Shown: positions 50,681 to 63,560 of the stretch, piece by piece
Layout: every line of letters begins with the position of its first letter
How positions within the stretch are numbered: the stretch's first letter is position 1
Assembly (NCBI RefSeq): GCF_963921235.1
Contig: NC_086109.1
Span: 1,302,001-1,366,000, forward strand
Length of the DNA stretch: 64,000 nt
Reading direction: 5' to 3'
DNA from: Mobula hypostoma
Lineage: Eukaryota
Position numbers and translations under genes: made by a program
Notes under the pieces: generated by a model
The model's database searches: none
Told to the model about the DNA's origin: nothing
The model's input: only the letters and a program-made list of their open reading frames with translations

Positions 50681-53600
50681 CGCCGGTTTTATTTGCGAAA
50701 ACCTAATTAGTGATCCCGATGCTGTGGGACAACTCCAGATTTATTGAACACATAGGCCAACGTAGTCGCTTTGAGGCTGACACAGTTTTGGGAGTAAAAT
50801 ACCGTCGCTTGGTTCGTACAAGCGGCGCTGCGAGAGATCACCGCTGACAACACCAAGTATTTCTACGTAGTAGCGTCGCTCTGCATCTCCGCGGCTGCGA
50901 GAGCGGTGAGTCTGCTTGAACCCCCAGCTGATCACGAAAAAAACCGATGGCTGAAAACTCATCCTTTACAGATTTTTAGACGTTTGGTCTGAGCGTGCCA
51001 GTTGCTTTCCTTTCCTGCTTTCCGGGTTCGGCGATGCTAGATCTCTCCCGGGAAATCACCATCCCTGATTTATTTTTGAAGAAGTCTTCATGCAGTAAAT
51101 GTCCGATCATGCTCACATAACCCTCGGTAATGCGCCCGCGATGCACGAGACGGGGCTTGCTAAAATGGCTGGTAGTCTACACTCAGCTAGACGGCGGTCG
51201 CATCATTCCCCCTCCTTTCTCTATCACAATAAGCCCTGTCAGCAAGGCCCCCAACATAGGACGCCCGCGAACGCAGGGCCTGTGGTTTCACCATGTTCGC
51301 TTTGGTACAAACGCTAGAAAGTGCCGACCGCCTTGCAGCTTCGAAGGTGCCAGCGCATCAGGACATCAGAGGTCTGTGAACACCTTGGGTTCCAGCGGCC
51401 ATGGTTGCCTACTGTTCATTACGGACACCCTTTCAGGGCGATACTTCTTGTGTGACATGGCTGTTCAAGTGAGTGTGCTGCTGGAATCGCCTATTGACGA
51501 GACGGCAAAGAGTGATAAAACACCGCCAGATGCCGCCAACAGCAGCGAGATCTAGACTCACGGCACTCGACGTGTAACCCTCTGCTTCAGTGGGCGGTGT
51601 TACACATGGGACTTCGTCCTGGCTAAAGTCACTAAACCTCTGCTCGATGCAGACTTCCTCTGTGCCCAAGGACTGTCAGTGAACCCTCAGAACCGCCAGC
51701 TTGTGGATGTTAAGGACTTTGGGTCGGCATACTGCAACCTCACCCAGTAAATTCCCCACAACGACTCTGTCAAGCATCGCATGTGCGATTACTCGACTGC
51801 TGGGCGAATTCCCAAACCCCACCAAGTCCACATTCTCCCCTACAGTCACAAAGCATGGGGTCGTGCACCACATTTCCACGACTGGCCCACAGGTCCATGC
51901 CCGTGCGCGCAGAGTGGACCCAGAAAATCTGGCAACCACGAAGGCTGAGTTTGCCAATATGGAAAGACTTGGCACCGTACGCCGGTCGGATAGAGCCGGG
52001 GCTCCGTCGCTCCGTATGGTCCCTCAGCCCAATGATGGTTGCCACCCATGTGGCGATCACCGACGCTTTAACGAGACCCCTTACCCCCCGATGATTACCC
52101 GGTCCTACACATCCAAGACTTTGCAGCACGTCTAGCCGGAAAGTCATTTTTTTCCAAAGTCGATTTTGTTAGGGCTACTTGAGATGCCCACGTACAGTAA
52201 TCGAGGACATTCCCAAAACAGTTGTGATAATCGCATTTGGCCTTTTAAGATTTTACCCATGCTGTTTGGATGAAAAAATGCAGCACAGACTTTCTAACTG
52301 CTGATGTCTCTCTATTAAAAGAGTTAGATTTTCTTTCCTTTGGTTTACCCGGATGACATACTTGTTGCCAGTGTGTCCAAATCCGAACATGTATCCCATC
52401 TCCGCAAACATTTCGAGCGCTAAGCCAACACAGGCTGATAATTAACCCTGCTAAATTCCAGCTTGTCAACCATGGACTTTTTCGGCCATCGCATCTCCGC
52501 AGAAGGTGTGAACCCCCTCCCATCAAAAGTAGCTGCTATTATGGATTTCCCACCGCCCCGCACTTCTACAAATCTACAGGAGTTTTTAGGTATGTTGAAT
52601 TTCTATCACCACTTCATTCCACGAGTGCCGAACTTACGCTCCTCCTATGTAGTGCGCTTAAAGGCAATACCCTTAAAAAGTGCTTGTCTGGCCAACGGAT
52701 ACCAAACGAGTTCTTTATAACGCGACCCTAATGGCTCACCGGCTCCCCAACGCACCCATAGCCATTACTATTGAAGTACTGACTCTTCCCCTTCGTCAGC
52801 CGCCAGCTTTGTCACCCCGAAAGGAGGTACAGCTGGTTTAACAGTCTGTTTCTTGCTATCCAACTGGCTGTCCGCCATTTACGTATTCCTTTAGAGGGTC
52901 GCCATTTTACAGCGTTCATTGACCACAACCCCCTCGTGCACACGATGTCCGAAATATCAGACGCTTGACGTTCAGGCTTACAGAACGGGCCTGCATTTGA
53001 TTGACATTAAGTCCGGGTAAACTGGGGTTTCTCTCCCGTGCGAAGTCTCAACCGGTCGGCCTCGCCCCGTCATGTCCGCCAACTGGAGGCGGGCCGTTTT
53101 TGACTCCATACATGGCCTATCTCATCCGGGCCGGAAGACCTCACAGAAACTGGTTGCGCTAAAGCCTGCGTGGCACGGCCTTCGAAAGCCTGCGGGAGTG
53201 CCAGCGGGCAAAATTTAACCGTCATGTTCAGGCGCAATTAGCACCTTTTGAGGTCCCCGAGCGACGGTTTGACCCAGCCAATATGGATCCTGTTGGTCCT
53301 CTTCCCCCGGCCCCTCCCCGTGTCTAGCGTCTCTTTACCATGGTGGACGGTACCAACAGGCGGCCGGAGGTCGACCCCAAGCATCGCCCACGGCCGCCAC
53401 GTGGCTCGGACGTTCATCAGCCCCTGGGCTGCTCGGTTGGGCATCCCATCTGATATTTCCTCTGACCGCGGTCCCCTGTTTATATCAAACCTCTGGGCTG
53501 CGACGGCCCAGAGCCTCGGCGTTAGGCTACATCACACCACGGCGTATCACCCGCAGTCCGATCGCCTATACGAGCGGTTTCAGCGCTCCTTAAGGGCTGC

Positions 53601-54229
53601 CCTAACTGGAGTGTTGGCATGATCGTCTGCTGTGGGTCTGGCTGCGGCTCAGAGCAGCTCCTAAAGAGGCCTGCAGTCATCCGCGGCTGAGCTGGTATAC
53701 GGACAGCCGTTTCAAGTCCCAGGAGATTTCATCCCTGACGCCATGACTTCTCGACAGCATTCCACCCTCCTCAGTAAATGCAATTACTTTTCCCCTATTC
53801 CTACCTCCATCATGGCTTTCCGCACTGGTGGATTACGTTTCGCCTCGTTTGTTTTCGTCCGCCAGGATATACACCAACATCCCCTTAACTCGCCTTACGA
53901 TGGCGTGTTCCGCGTTTTGGAACGGAGAGAAAAGATTTTTATCATAGATAAGAGGGGTAAACCTGAGAGTAGTTCGTCTTAACCCGACCCAAGATTAAGA
54001 GGATTGCGCTACCACGCCCCTGCCGTCGCGACATGATAACGAGCGTGTCAACACACCTCTGGACTAGCCCTTCCTCCACCCACGGAGCACAGCACCCGAT
54101 CCGGGCGGTTCGGCCGAGCTCCGGACTGGTTCACTATTCCGGTTTTAGTGAATCTGGGGCGGGATATTGTGTAGGTTAAAGTAATTGGCGGAATTATACA
54201 TAATTCACAACCTTCGACGTTAAGTATGT

Positions 54230-54957
54230 AAACACGAGGAAATCTGCACACACTTCACCTGTGAATCAGCTGGGGAGATATACTGTGTCCGGTGCTCCCG
54301 ATGCGGCCTTCTATACATTGGCGAGACCCGAGGCAGACTGGGAGATCATTTCGCTGAACACCTACGCTCTGTCCGCCAGAGAAAGCAGCATCTCCCAGTG
54401 GCCGCACATTTTAATTCCACATCCTATTCCCATTCTGATATGTCTGCCCACGGCCTCCTCTGCTGTCAAGATGAAGCCACACTCAGGTTGGAGGAACAAC
54501 ACCTTATATTCCGTCTGGGTAGCCTCCAACCTGATGGCATGAACATCGACTTCTCTAACTTCCGCTAATGCCCCACCTCCCCCTCGTACCCCATCTGTTA
54601 CTTATTTATATGCACACATTCTTTCGCTCCCTCTCTTTTTTCTCCCTCTGTCCCTCTGACTATACCTCTTGCCCATCCTCTGGGTTCCCCCCTCCCCCTT
54701 TCTTTCTCCCTGGGCCTCCTGTCCCATGATCCTCTCGTATCCCTTTTGCCAATCACCTGTCCAGCTCTTGGCTCCATCCCTCCCCCTCCTGTCTTCTATC
54801 ATTTTGGATCTCCCCCTCCCCCTCCAACTTTCAAATCTCTTACTAGCTCTTCTTTCAGTCAGTCCTGACGAAGGGTCTCGGCCCGAAACGTCGACTGTAC
54901 CTCTTCCTAGAGATGCTGCCTGGCCTGCTGCGTTCACCAGCAACTTTTATGTGTGTT
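54230..54957 (+). mobile_element. Penelope fragment (GIY-YIG end plus pLTR) inserted in the Gypsy 3' LTR
   Basis: Homologous to 2610-3340. Begins with a 19-bp inverted stub of the pLTR end (aaacacgaggaaatctgca). Confidence 0.9.
54860..54897 (+). ncRNA. Minimal type I hammerhead ribozyme, intact copy
   Basis: Stem I CAGTC/GACTG, core CTGACGA, stem II GGGT-CTCG-GCCC, GAAA, palindromic ACGT stem III. Predicted GUC cleavage after 54892. Confidence 0.75.
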
Positions 54958-55374
54958 ACTCCGACGTCAAGTTGGAGTTTCACTTTCAGAGAATGGTCTG
55001 ACGTGATCTAGTTAGGTAACGGATTTTTAGCGTTCTTTTTGTTTAGCTTTTGGTGTTCAATAAATGAGCTACCTCGGGCTTTTCTTGAACATTAAACTTC
55101 TCCGCCGTTTTATTTATGAAAACCTACAAGAGCAATCCTCAATCCCAAACCTTTTCTCAGTCAGAGACACGCCGTTGTCACAATCTGAAACTGTTCACAG
55201 ACTCGCCATACTTTTAATATGGGACTCACTGCTATTTAGGTCCACCCTTATCACAGATCCCCCCCCCTCACAGATTCACCTCCTGCAACAGAGCCAAAAG
55301 GTAAAGGATTGAGAGTCATTGAATGGTTTACTGTATATAATTTTTTTGAATAAAATATATTTTGAAATTTTAAA

Positions 55375-55560
55375 AAACCGTCACAGACCCACATCTTGCC
55401 ACAGACCGGTCCCCCGTCACGGTCGCCCCCCCCCCCATCACAGACCCAGCCGCGTCACACTCACACCCCATCACAGACCCAAACCCGTCACAGACCCGCT
55501 CCCCGTCAGAAATCCCCCCCCGTCACAGATTCACCTATCACAGGCCCATCCCCCGTCATT
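55375..55560. repeat. ~18-bp (cccgtcacagaccc..) minisatellite, block 1
   Basis: Repeated gtcacagaccc core. Confidence 0.85.
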
Positions 55561-55584
55561 GACCCCCCTTTTTTTCACAAAACT

Positions 55585-56220
55585 ATAAAAGTTTACTTAC
55601 AACACATATAACACAAAGGTACAGGCAGTCAATATTTACAAGAGAGTAAGTATATTCAAAATATGATTACTACCATCTATAAAACAGTCAATACCGGGGG
55701 GATGGGACCACCGCTCAGGGAAGTCCCCTAGTGTGCCGCCGCGACCGTGTGTTCTCTCTCCAAGGACAGTCGGGCACGGACGTGACCTCGGAAATGGAGC
55801 AGGCAGTCATCCCGCGCAGCGGCCCCCTTCATCTTCCGCCGCCGAGACCCGTGAATGGCCGTCTTGGCCAGGCCCCGGCCCAGGTCCAACAGGCAATCCT
55901 CCTCTCGCCTCTCCCCCTTCCGAACTGGGTGCCCGCAGATGAGGAGAGCGGGACTAAAGTGCAGCCAGAACCTTAACAGCAGCACCCTGAGACACTCGAA
56001 GAGCGGCTGCAACCTCTCACATGGCGTGTACGCGAGGTACACTGACTCCTCCCGCCCGCAGAATGGACAGCTGGACGGGGTGTCAGTAAACCTGCTCAGG
56101 AACCCGTTGTCCGGGACTGACCGATACAACACCTTCCACCCCAGGTCCCCAACGGCACGGAACAACGGAACAGCACGGTGGGCAACCCCGCGAGTGACTC
56201 AACGCCCACACCTTCCCCCG
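55585..56220 (-). mobile_element. Tx1-type ORF2 C-terminal fragment, copy A
   Basis: GDLGWKVL...CPFCGREESVY..CERLQPLF...FWLHFSP...RARLSLEREH. Confidence 0.85.
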
Positions 56221-56480
56221 TACAGATTCACCGCCTGCCACAGAACCATCCCCCGTCACAGACCCACCCCCGTCACAGACCCATCTCCCGTCACAGACCC
56301 GTCCCCCGTCACAGACCCACCTCCTGCCACAGACCTGTCCCCCGTCACAGACCCGTTTCCCGTCACAAACCCACTCCCGTAACAAGCCCACTCCCCGTCA
56401 CAAACCCACTCCCCGTCACAGATCCATCCTCTCTCACAGATCCATGCCCTGTCACAGACCCATTCCCGTCATTGACCCAC
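56220..56480. repeat. ~18-bp minisatellite, block 2
   Basis: Tandem units. Confidence 0.9.
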
Positions 56481-56486
56481 CCATTT

Positions 56487-57380
56487 TTATATACTTTATA
56501 CTTTATTGTCGCCAAAACAATTGATATTAGAACGTACAATCATCACAGTGATATTTGATTTTGCGCTTCCCACTCCCTGGATTACAAATATTAAATATTA
56601 AAATATTAAAAATAGTAAAAACTAGTAATAATTCAAAAATTAAATTATAAATCATAAATAGAAAATAGAAAAATGGGAAGTAAAGTAGTGCAAAAAAACC
56701 GAGAGGCAGGTCCGGATATTTGGAGGGTACGGCCCAGATCCGGGTCAGGATCCGTTCAGCAGTCTTATCACAGTTGGAAAGAAGCTGTTCCCAAATCTGG
56801 CCGTACGAGTCTTCAAGCTCCAGAACCTTCTCCCAGAGGGAAGAGGGACGAAGAGTGTGTTGGCTGGGTGGGTCGTGTCCTTGATTATCCTGGCAGCACT
56901 GCTCCGACAGCGTGCGGTGTAAAGTGAGTCCAAGGACGGAAGATTGGTTTGTGTGATGTGCTGCACCGTGTTCACGATCTTCTGCAGCTTCTTCTGGTCT
57001 TAGACAGGACAACTTCCATACCAGGTTGTGATGCACCCTAGAAGAATGCTTTCTACGGTGTATCTATAAAAATTAGTGAGGGTTTTAGAGGACAGGCCAA
57101 ATTTCTTTAGTTTTCTCAGGAAGTAAAGGCGCTGGTGGGCTTTCTTGGCAATGGACTCTGCTTGGTTGGACCAAGTCAGGTCATTTGTGATATTGACCCC
57201 GAGGAACTTAAAACTTTTCACCCGTTCCACTTGCGCACCGCCGATGTAAATTGGGTCGTGCGGTCCGCTACTCCTTCTGAAGTCAACAACCAATTCCTTC
57301 GTCTTGCTGACGTTGAGGGATAGGTTATTGTCTTCGCACCATGCCACCAGGTTTTTAATTTTCTCTCTGTACTCAAACTC
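56487..57380 (-). mobile_element. Rex1/Babar LINE 3' part
   Basis: WCEDNNLSLNVSKTKELVVDFRR, FKFLGVNIT, GNSFFPTVIRLLN. Confidence 0.92.
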
Positions 57381-57384
57381 ATAA

Positions 57385-58025
57385 ACTATACAAGTTTATT
57401 TACAACACATATACACAAAGGTACAGACAGTCAATATTTCCAAGACAGTAAGTACATTCAAAATATGATTGCTACCGTCTGTAAAACAGTCAGTACCACG
57501 GGGGGTGGGGACCACCTCTCCGGGAAATCCCCCACTGTACCCATGACCAAAGCGTGCTCCCTCTCCAAGGACAGCCGGGCACGAATGTATCCTCGTGGAA
57601 GGTGAGGTGGTCGGTCCGGGGAAACGAGTTCCACCTTTCGCCGCCGAGACCCGTGAATGGCCGTCTTGGCCAGGCCCGGGACCAAGCCCAACAGGAGATC
57701 CTCCTCTCGTCTCACCCCCTTCCGAACTGGGTGCCCGCAGATGAGGAGAGCGGGACTAAAGTGCAGCCAGAACCTTAACAGCAGCACCCTGAGACACTCG
57801 AAGAGCGGCTGCAACCTCTCACATGGCGTGTACGCGAGGTACACTGACTCCTCCCGCCCGCAGAATGGACAGCTGGACGGGGTGTCAGTAAACCTGCTCA
57901 GGAACCCGTTGTCCGGGACTGACCGATACAACACCTTCCACCCCAGGTCCCCAACGGCACGGAACAACGGAACAGCACGGTGGGCAACCCCGCGAGTGAC
58001 TCAACGCCCACACCTTCCTCCGTAC
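57385..58025 (-). mobile_element. Tx1-type ORF2 C-terminal fragment, copy B
   Basis: First ~87 aa of the ORF are identical to copy A; same junction with the repeat. Confidence 0.88.
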
Positions 58026-59480
58026 AGATTCACCGCCTGCCACAGAACCATCCCCCGTCACAGACCCACCCCCGTCACAGACCCATCTCCCGTCACAGAC
58101 CCGTCCCCCGTCACAGACCTGTCCCCATCATAGACCCACCTCCCGTCACAGACCCGTCCCCATCACAGCCCCACACCCCGACACAGACCCACCTCCTGTC
58201 ACAGACCCGTCCCCCTGTTACAGACCCGTCCCCCGTCACAGACCCACATCCTGTCACAGAACCGTCACCCGCCACAGACCTACACCCCGTCACAGACCCA
58301 TCCCCTGTCACAGACCCGTCCCCCGTCACAGCCCCACACCCCGACACAGACCCACCTCCTGTCACAGACCCGTCCCCCTGTCACAGACCCGTCCCCCGTC
58401 ACAGACCCGTCCCCCGTCACAGACCCACATCCTGTCACAGAACCGTCACCCGCCACAGACCTACACCCCGTCACAGACCCATCCCCTGTCACAGACCCGT
58501 CCCCCGTCACAGACCACATCCTGTCAAAGAACCACCTCCTGTCAAAGACCCATCTCCTGTCACAGACCCGTCCTCCGTCACAGAACCACCTCCTGTCACA
58601 GACCCGTCCCCTGTCACAGACCCGTACCCCGTCACAGACCCGTACCCCGTCACAGACCACATCCTGTCAAAGAACCACCTCCTGTCAAAGACCCATCTCC
58701 TGTCACAGACCCGTCCTCCGTCACAGAACCACCTCCTGTCACAGCCCCTCACCCCGTCACAGATACACCTCCTGTCACAGACCCGTACCCGGTCATAGAC
58801 CCGTCCCCCGTCACAGACCACATCCTGTCAAAGAACCACCTCCTGTCAAAGACCCATCTCCTGTCACAGACCCGTCCTCCGTCACAGAACCACCTCCTGT
58901 CACAGAGCCGTCCCCTGTCACAGACCCGTACCCCGTCATAGACCCGTCCCCCGTCACAGACCCACCTCCTGTCACAGACCCACCTCCCGTCACAGACCCG
59001 TCCCCGTCACAGACCTACACCCCGTCACAGACCCATCCCCTGTCAGAGACCCATCCCCTGTCACAGACCCACACCCCGTAACAGACCCACACCCCGTCAC
59101 AGACCCGTCCCCTGTCACAGACCCGTCCCCCGTCACAGACCACATCCTGTCAAAGACCCACCTCCTGTCACAGACCCGTCCCCCGTCACAGACCCACATC
59201 CTGTCAAAACCCACCACCTGTCACAGACCCGTCCCCCGTCACAGTCCCAAACCCTGTCACAGACTCGTTTCCCGTCATAGACCCGTCCCCCATCACAGAC
59301 CCACGCCCCGTTACAGACCCACTCCCTGTCACAGATCCATCTCCTGTCACAGTCCCAGCTACGTCGCAGCCCGTGCCCGGACATTGACCCACTCAATGTC
59401 ATAGACACACCACGACGCAGCCTGCACAGATTCTGCCCCGCCCTGTCACATTCCCACCCAATCACATCCCCACCCAGTCA
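58025..59480. repeat. Expanded ~18-bp minisatellite with higher-order repeats
   Basis: The variant cassette agaccacatcctgtcaaagaaccacc recurs at 58511, 58654 and 58815 (143- and 161-bp spacing). Confidence 0.92.
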
Positions 59481-60298
59481 TAGACCCACTCAATCAGAGA
59501 CCCACTCAATCAGAGAGCAACCCTCATTCTCTCGATCATAGACTCGCCGCTGTCACAATCTGAATTTGTTCCCAGTCTCGCCCCACCGTTAATTAACCCA
59601 CTGGTCTCTAGAATCTCGAGTTCGTGTCCTAACTCGCCCTTAGAGAATTCAAAGAGCACAGAGAGGTTGAAATACAAGCAGTTATCGTTCAAATCCCTTC
59701 ACTCGCCAAAACCGGTATACGTCCTCTCACACCAAATACCCCAGGCTGAGGCTGCTGCAATCTGGAATTTAAAAGATATACTGAGTCATCTCTGCCCGCC
59801 TGTTACTCACTCAAACAGGCTGTCTGTCAGCTGAAACTCTCAATTGAAAAGCCTGTCAATTGAAAGGCTACAGCAACAAAAGAGTCTTAATCATACCTTG
59901 TTTGCCCAAAACACAGAACAGTGGAGCACAAGAACAGATACGACTGTGCTCACTATTATGCCCACGTAATCTAATCCCATCTACCTGCACGTAGTCTATA
60001 CCCCTCTACTCCCAGTTTGTTGACCTGCCTGTGTATATCACTGTTTTTTCTAAACTGCAGTTACTGAAATGCTCCCGCACACCTAACCTTTGATGCGGCG
60101 CAACTGGAATAAAGACCGGCCAGAAAAAGTTTACGACGTTTAAGATTTCCTTTGTTGTACTGTATTTCATTATACCCTTCAAAAGTGTGCGATTTTTCCA
60201 TTTTCAGTCTAAACACCCATACTGTGTATATTACAAAAAAATAAACATTTAAAGTGCAGCACAGTTTTCAAACCCTGTGAAAAATTCCTGCTCAGAGC

Positions 60299-60460
60299 AA
60301 TCACAGACAAGAGAAAATCTGCAGATGCTGGAAATCCGAGCAACACACACAAAATGCTGGAGGAAGTCAGCAGGTCAGGCAGCATCTATGGAAGCAAAAA
60401 AAAGTACAGTCCACGTATTGGAAGGCCTGCTGAGTTCGTCCAGCATTCTGTGTGCGTTGC
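60299..60460. mobile_element. 162-bp fold-back element derived from the Penelope pLTR
   Basis: 10-bp TSD tgctcagagc (60289-60298 / 60461-60470); ~38-bp inverted arms 60339-60376 / 60424-60461; hammerhead segment deleted. Confidence 0.8.
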
Positions 60461-60719
60461 TGCTCAGAGCGATGGTTGGTCTGCTCCGTTGTAAAAAACA
60501 TTAGACCAGAGGACCGTGACTGCCACCTAAATGCTGCTGTCACATCGGCCTCCATGGTAGCAGGCTGCAGGCACCCGCCACCGCTCAAAACTGAAAACAT
60601 CCCTCATAAATGTCCTTTAAATTTTCACCACTTCACCTCAAAGCAATTTCTCCACTATTTGACATTTCTATCTTGGAAATCATTGACTACCTACCCAAAG
60701 TCTCGCAGTATTTTATATA

Positions 60720-62130
60720 CAGTGGATTCTGGTTCATCGGGACCAGTAGATTTTACAATTCAGTGTCTTTCACAATAAATGTCTGCCCCAATTAGCCAAA
60801 ATATAGTGGAAATAGTTAAAAGGATATAAAAAAAGACAAAGTATCATTTAACTGAGGAACAAATTATGCATTTAAATGAAATACAGAACCAATTAGAACA
60901 CAACCAAATCTACTACCTACTGTAAAACTGTGAATTAGTTCCTAATAGTTATTGACGGAGGAACTCATCCAGTGCCCGCTGCTAGGTTCTTTTGGACCAT
61001 AAGAACATAAGATATAGGAGCAGAAGTAGGCCATTTGGCCCATCGAGTCTGCTCCACCATTCAATCAGGGGCTGATCCAATTCTTCCAGTCATCTTCACT
61101 CCCCTGCCTTCACTCCATACCCTTTGATGCCCTGGCTACTCAGGAACCTTTCTATCTCTGTCTTAAATCCACCCACAGCTGCTCGTGGCAACAAATTCCT
61201 CAGGTTTACCACCCTCTGACTAAAGTAATTTCTCCACATCTCAGTTCTACAAGGACGTCCTTCAATCCTGAAGTCGTGCCCTCTTGTCCTAGAATCCCCT
61301 ACCATGGGAAATTACTTTGTCATATCTAATCTGTCCAGGCCTTTTAACATTCGGAATTCTCCTGAACTCCAGGGAACACAGCCCAAGAGCTGCCAGGCAT
61401 TCCTCATATGGTAACCCTTTCACTCCTGGAGTCATTCTCGTGAATCTTCTCTGAACCCTCTCCAATGTCAGTATATCCTTTCTAAAATAAGGAGCCCAAA
61501 CCTGCACAAAATATTTGATTGTTTGTTTATTTGATCGACTGAAATAAACAAATATCAACGCAGACACCCAATGTAGACAAATGGACTACCTTCAAACAAT
61601 GATATCAACGATTGCATCCTCCAAATCTTAACTTTCATTGTAACATTGAAGATCGTTGTAGATACCTTCAGGTTCGTCTTAATTCCTATCTTGTTGCAGT
61701 AGTGTGTTTCATTTTCATTCCCGGTCTTTTTCTGGTATCTTCAAGCCTGGTATCTTCATTTTCATTTCATTTTCATTCCCGGCCTTTTTCTGTTATCTTC
61801 AAGCCTGAATACTTAAAACAAAACAGCCTTACTGCTTATTACTCGCCGACAGTCAGTAACGAAAAAAAAGTAATTACTGAACACAACATGCCATTTAAAA
61901 ACTGTTCGCTCGAAGCACGGTGTACTGTGTAATGGCCACACAATGTACACGTGACTGACGCTAGTTAGAAACTGCTCGGCGACAATCTCCTGCTCCAATT
62001 AAGCACCATGTTGTCTCAAATAAACAAAGGAATCTCGGTTATTTTCTCGATTTCTTTCTGTTCTTTAAAAGCTGTCCCAATTACCTGGCTGTCTCAGTTA
62101 ACAGACCGCTCAATTATTCGGAATCCACGT
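60720..62130. mobile_element. Non-autonomous pogo/Tigger-like DNA transposon, with a CR1 3' fragment nested at ~60995-61510
   Basis: Left end TA|cagtggattctggtt; right end aattattcggaatccac (degenerate inverted match); no transposase ORF. Confidence 0.55.
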
Positions 62131-62339
62131 GCCCCTCTCAGTGTCTGATATTTCAGAGAAGATAGTACGTATGCTTTTAATGCTCTTTAATTCTAGTAAC
62201 TTGATGTAAAACATTCACCTCTTTCCTGTACTGCGGTGAGTGGAACAGCACAGTTTACTCCAACCGTGGTCTAACCGAAGTGTTTAACAGCTGCAACGTG
62301 GCTTGCAACATCTACACTCAACAGCTGACTGGTGAAGGC

Positions 62340-63560
62340 AACTATCCCCGATGTCTTCTGCTGTAATCTACTTGTATTGCCGCTTTTCGGGAGCCATGGT
62401 CTTGAACCTTAAGATTTCTCCGTACATCGTCCACACTTGCCTTGCTGAAGTTAGTGTCTACTGTGACGTATTCAATCAGGTTCGAAGATAAATCCCTGAA
62501 TATTATCCAGTCCGGTGACTCAAAACAGTCCTGTAAGTGCTCCTTCGCAACCCCCGCCCCCAACCATATCTTCTAGTTCCTCACCACTGGTGCTGAGGTC
62601 TTTAGTCTCTGTCTATACGCTGGGAGTAGGAGTACAGCCAGGTGATCGAACTTTCCAAAGTGTCGGCGTGAAATGACATGTTAAGGTTCTTGACGGTGGT
62701 ATAACAGCGGTCAAATGTGTTGGCTTCTCTGGGCCCACAGGTAATATCTTGGTGGTAGTTGCTCAGAATGTTCTTTAAGCTGGCCTGGTTGAAATCTCCT
62801 GCAATGATACGGAAGGTCTTGCGGTGCGCTGTTTCGTGCCTGCAGACTACGGCACCTAGCTCCTCTAGTGCCTGCCTAACGCTAACTTGAGGTGGAATGT
62901 ACACCGCTGCTGGGATGATGGCGGAATACTCCTTCGGCAGATAAAATTGTCGCTCGAAGCACGGTGTACTGTGTAATGACCACACAATGTACACGTCACT
63001 GACGCTAGTTAGAAACTGTTCGGCGACAACTTCCTGCTCCAATTAAGCAGCATGTTGTCTGAAATAAACAAAGGAATCTCGGGAATCGCGGCGTAGACGT
63101 TCCAGGTCGGATGAGCAGGACTGAGACAGAACCGGCGTGTCTGTGCACCAGACTGAGTTAATTGTAAGCATACCCCACCTCCTCTTCCTTTAAAAGAATG
63201 ATCTGCCCTCTCTATAAGGTAAATACTGAAGCTATCGAGCAGCAGCGTTGCGTCTGCAATGACGGGGGATAGCCACGTTTCCGCGAAGCAAAGTACACAG
63301 CAGTTCCTGATGTCCCTCTGGTACAGCAATGTTGCTCTAAGGTCTTCATTTTTATTTTCCAGAGACTGTAAATTCACCAGAAGGATACTCAGGAGCAGGG
63401 GCCTAAAGCCTCTGCGTTTCAATCTCGCTTGCAGCACGCTTTCCGTGTTTCCTCCTTCTTAAAGGGAAAGTGCACCACCACCTAACGGCTGCAATCTGGG
63501 ATCCGTCGATTTTGAGTACCGATAGATTTTTCCAGTGTCTTAAAACCATGTTGCTTACTG
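62340..63560 (-). mobile_element. Rex1/Babar LINE endonuclease region
   Basis: ILLVNLQSLENK, CVLCFAETWL, GRGGGVCL, AAVYIPPQ, IIAGDFNQA, FDRCYTT. Confidence 0.88.

Larger units (their letters stand above)
50681..55128 (+). mobile_element. Degenerate Ty3/Gypsy LTR retrotransposon (gag-PR-RT-RH-INT)
   Basis: 5' LTR stub (cgccggttttattt..gaaaaccta) and decayed PBS. Protease LLFITDTLSGRYFLCD; RT region; integrase ISSDRGPLFISNLW..HTTAYHPQS. Purine tract, then 3' LTR TGTAGGTT(54170)...AACCTACA(55128). Confidence 0.88.

Noticed and set aside
55230-55282. Exon-like 53-nt interval on the minus strand
   Set aside because: Stop codons in all three frames; lies in degenerate minisatellite sequence.
57980-58798. 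272-aa mucin-like ORF (PVTDPS)n
   Set aside because: By-product of the 18-bp repeat. Units of 17-19 bp shift the frame, there are no splice or leader signals, and it is on the strand opposite the gene.
59585-59720. Cluster of restriction sites (TTAATTAA, TCTAGA, CTCGAG, GAATTC, ACCGGT) resembling a polylinker
   Set aside because: The left part is homologous to genomic 55154-55217, the sites are not contiguous, and there is no vector backbone; chance is sufficient.
59895-59950. Possible second leader exon with an AAG|GTATGA donor
   Set aside because: No in-frame ATG found nearby; the sequence resembles a decayed CR1 3' UTR.
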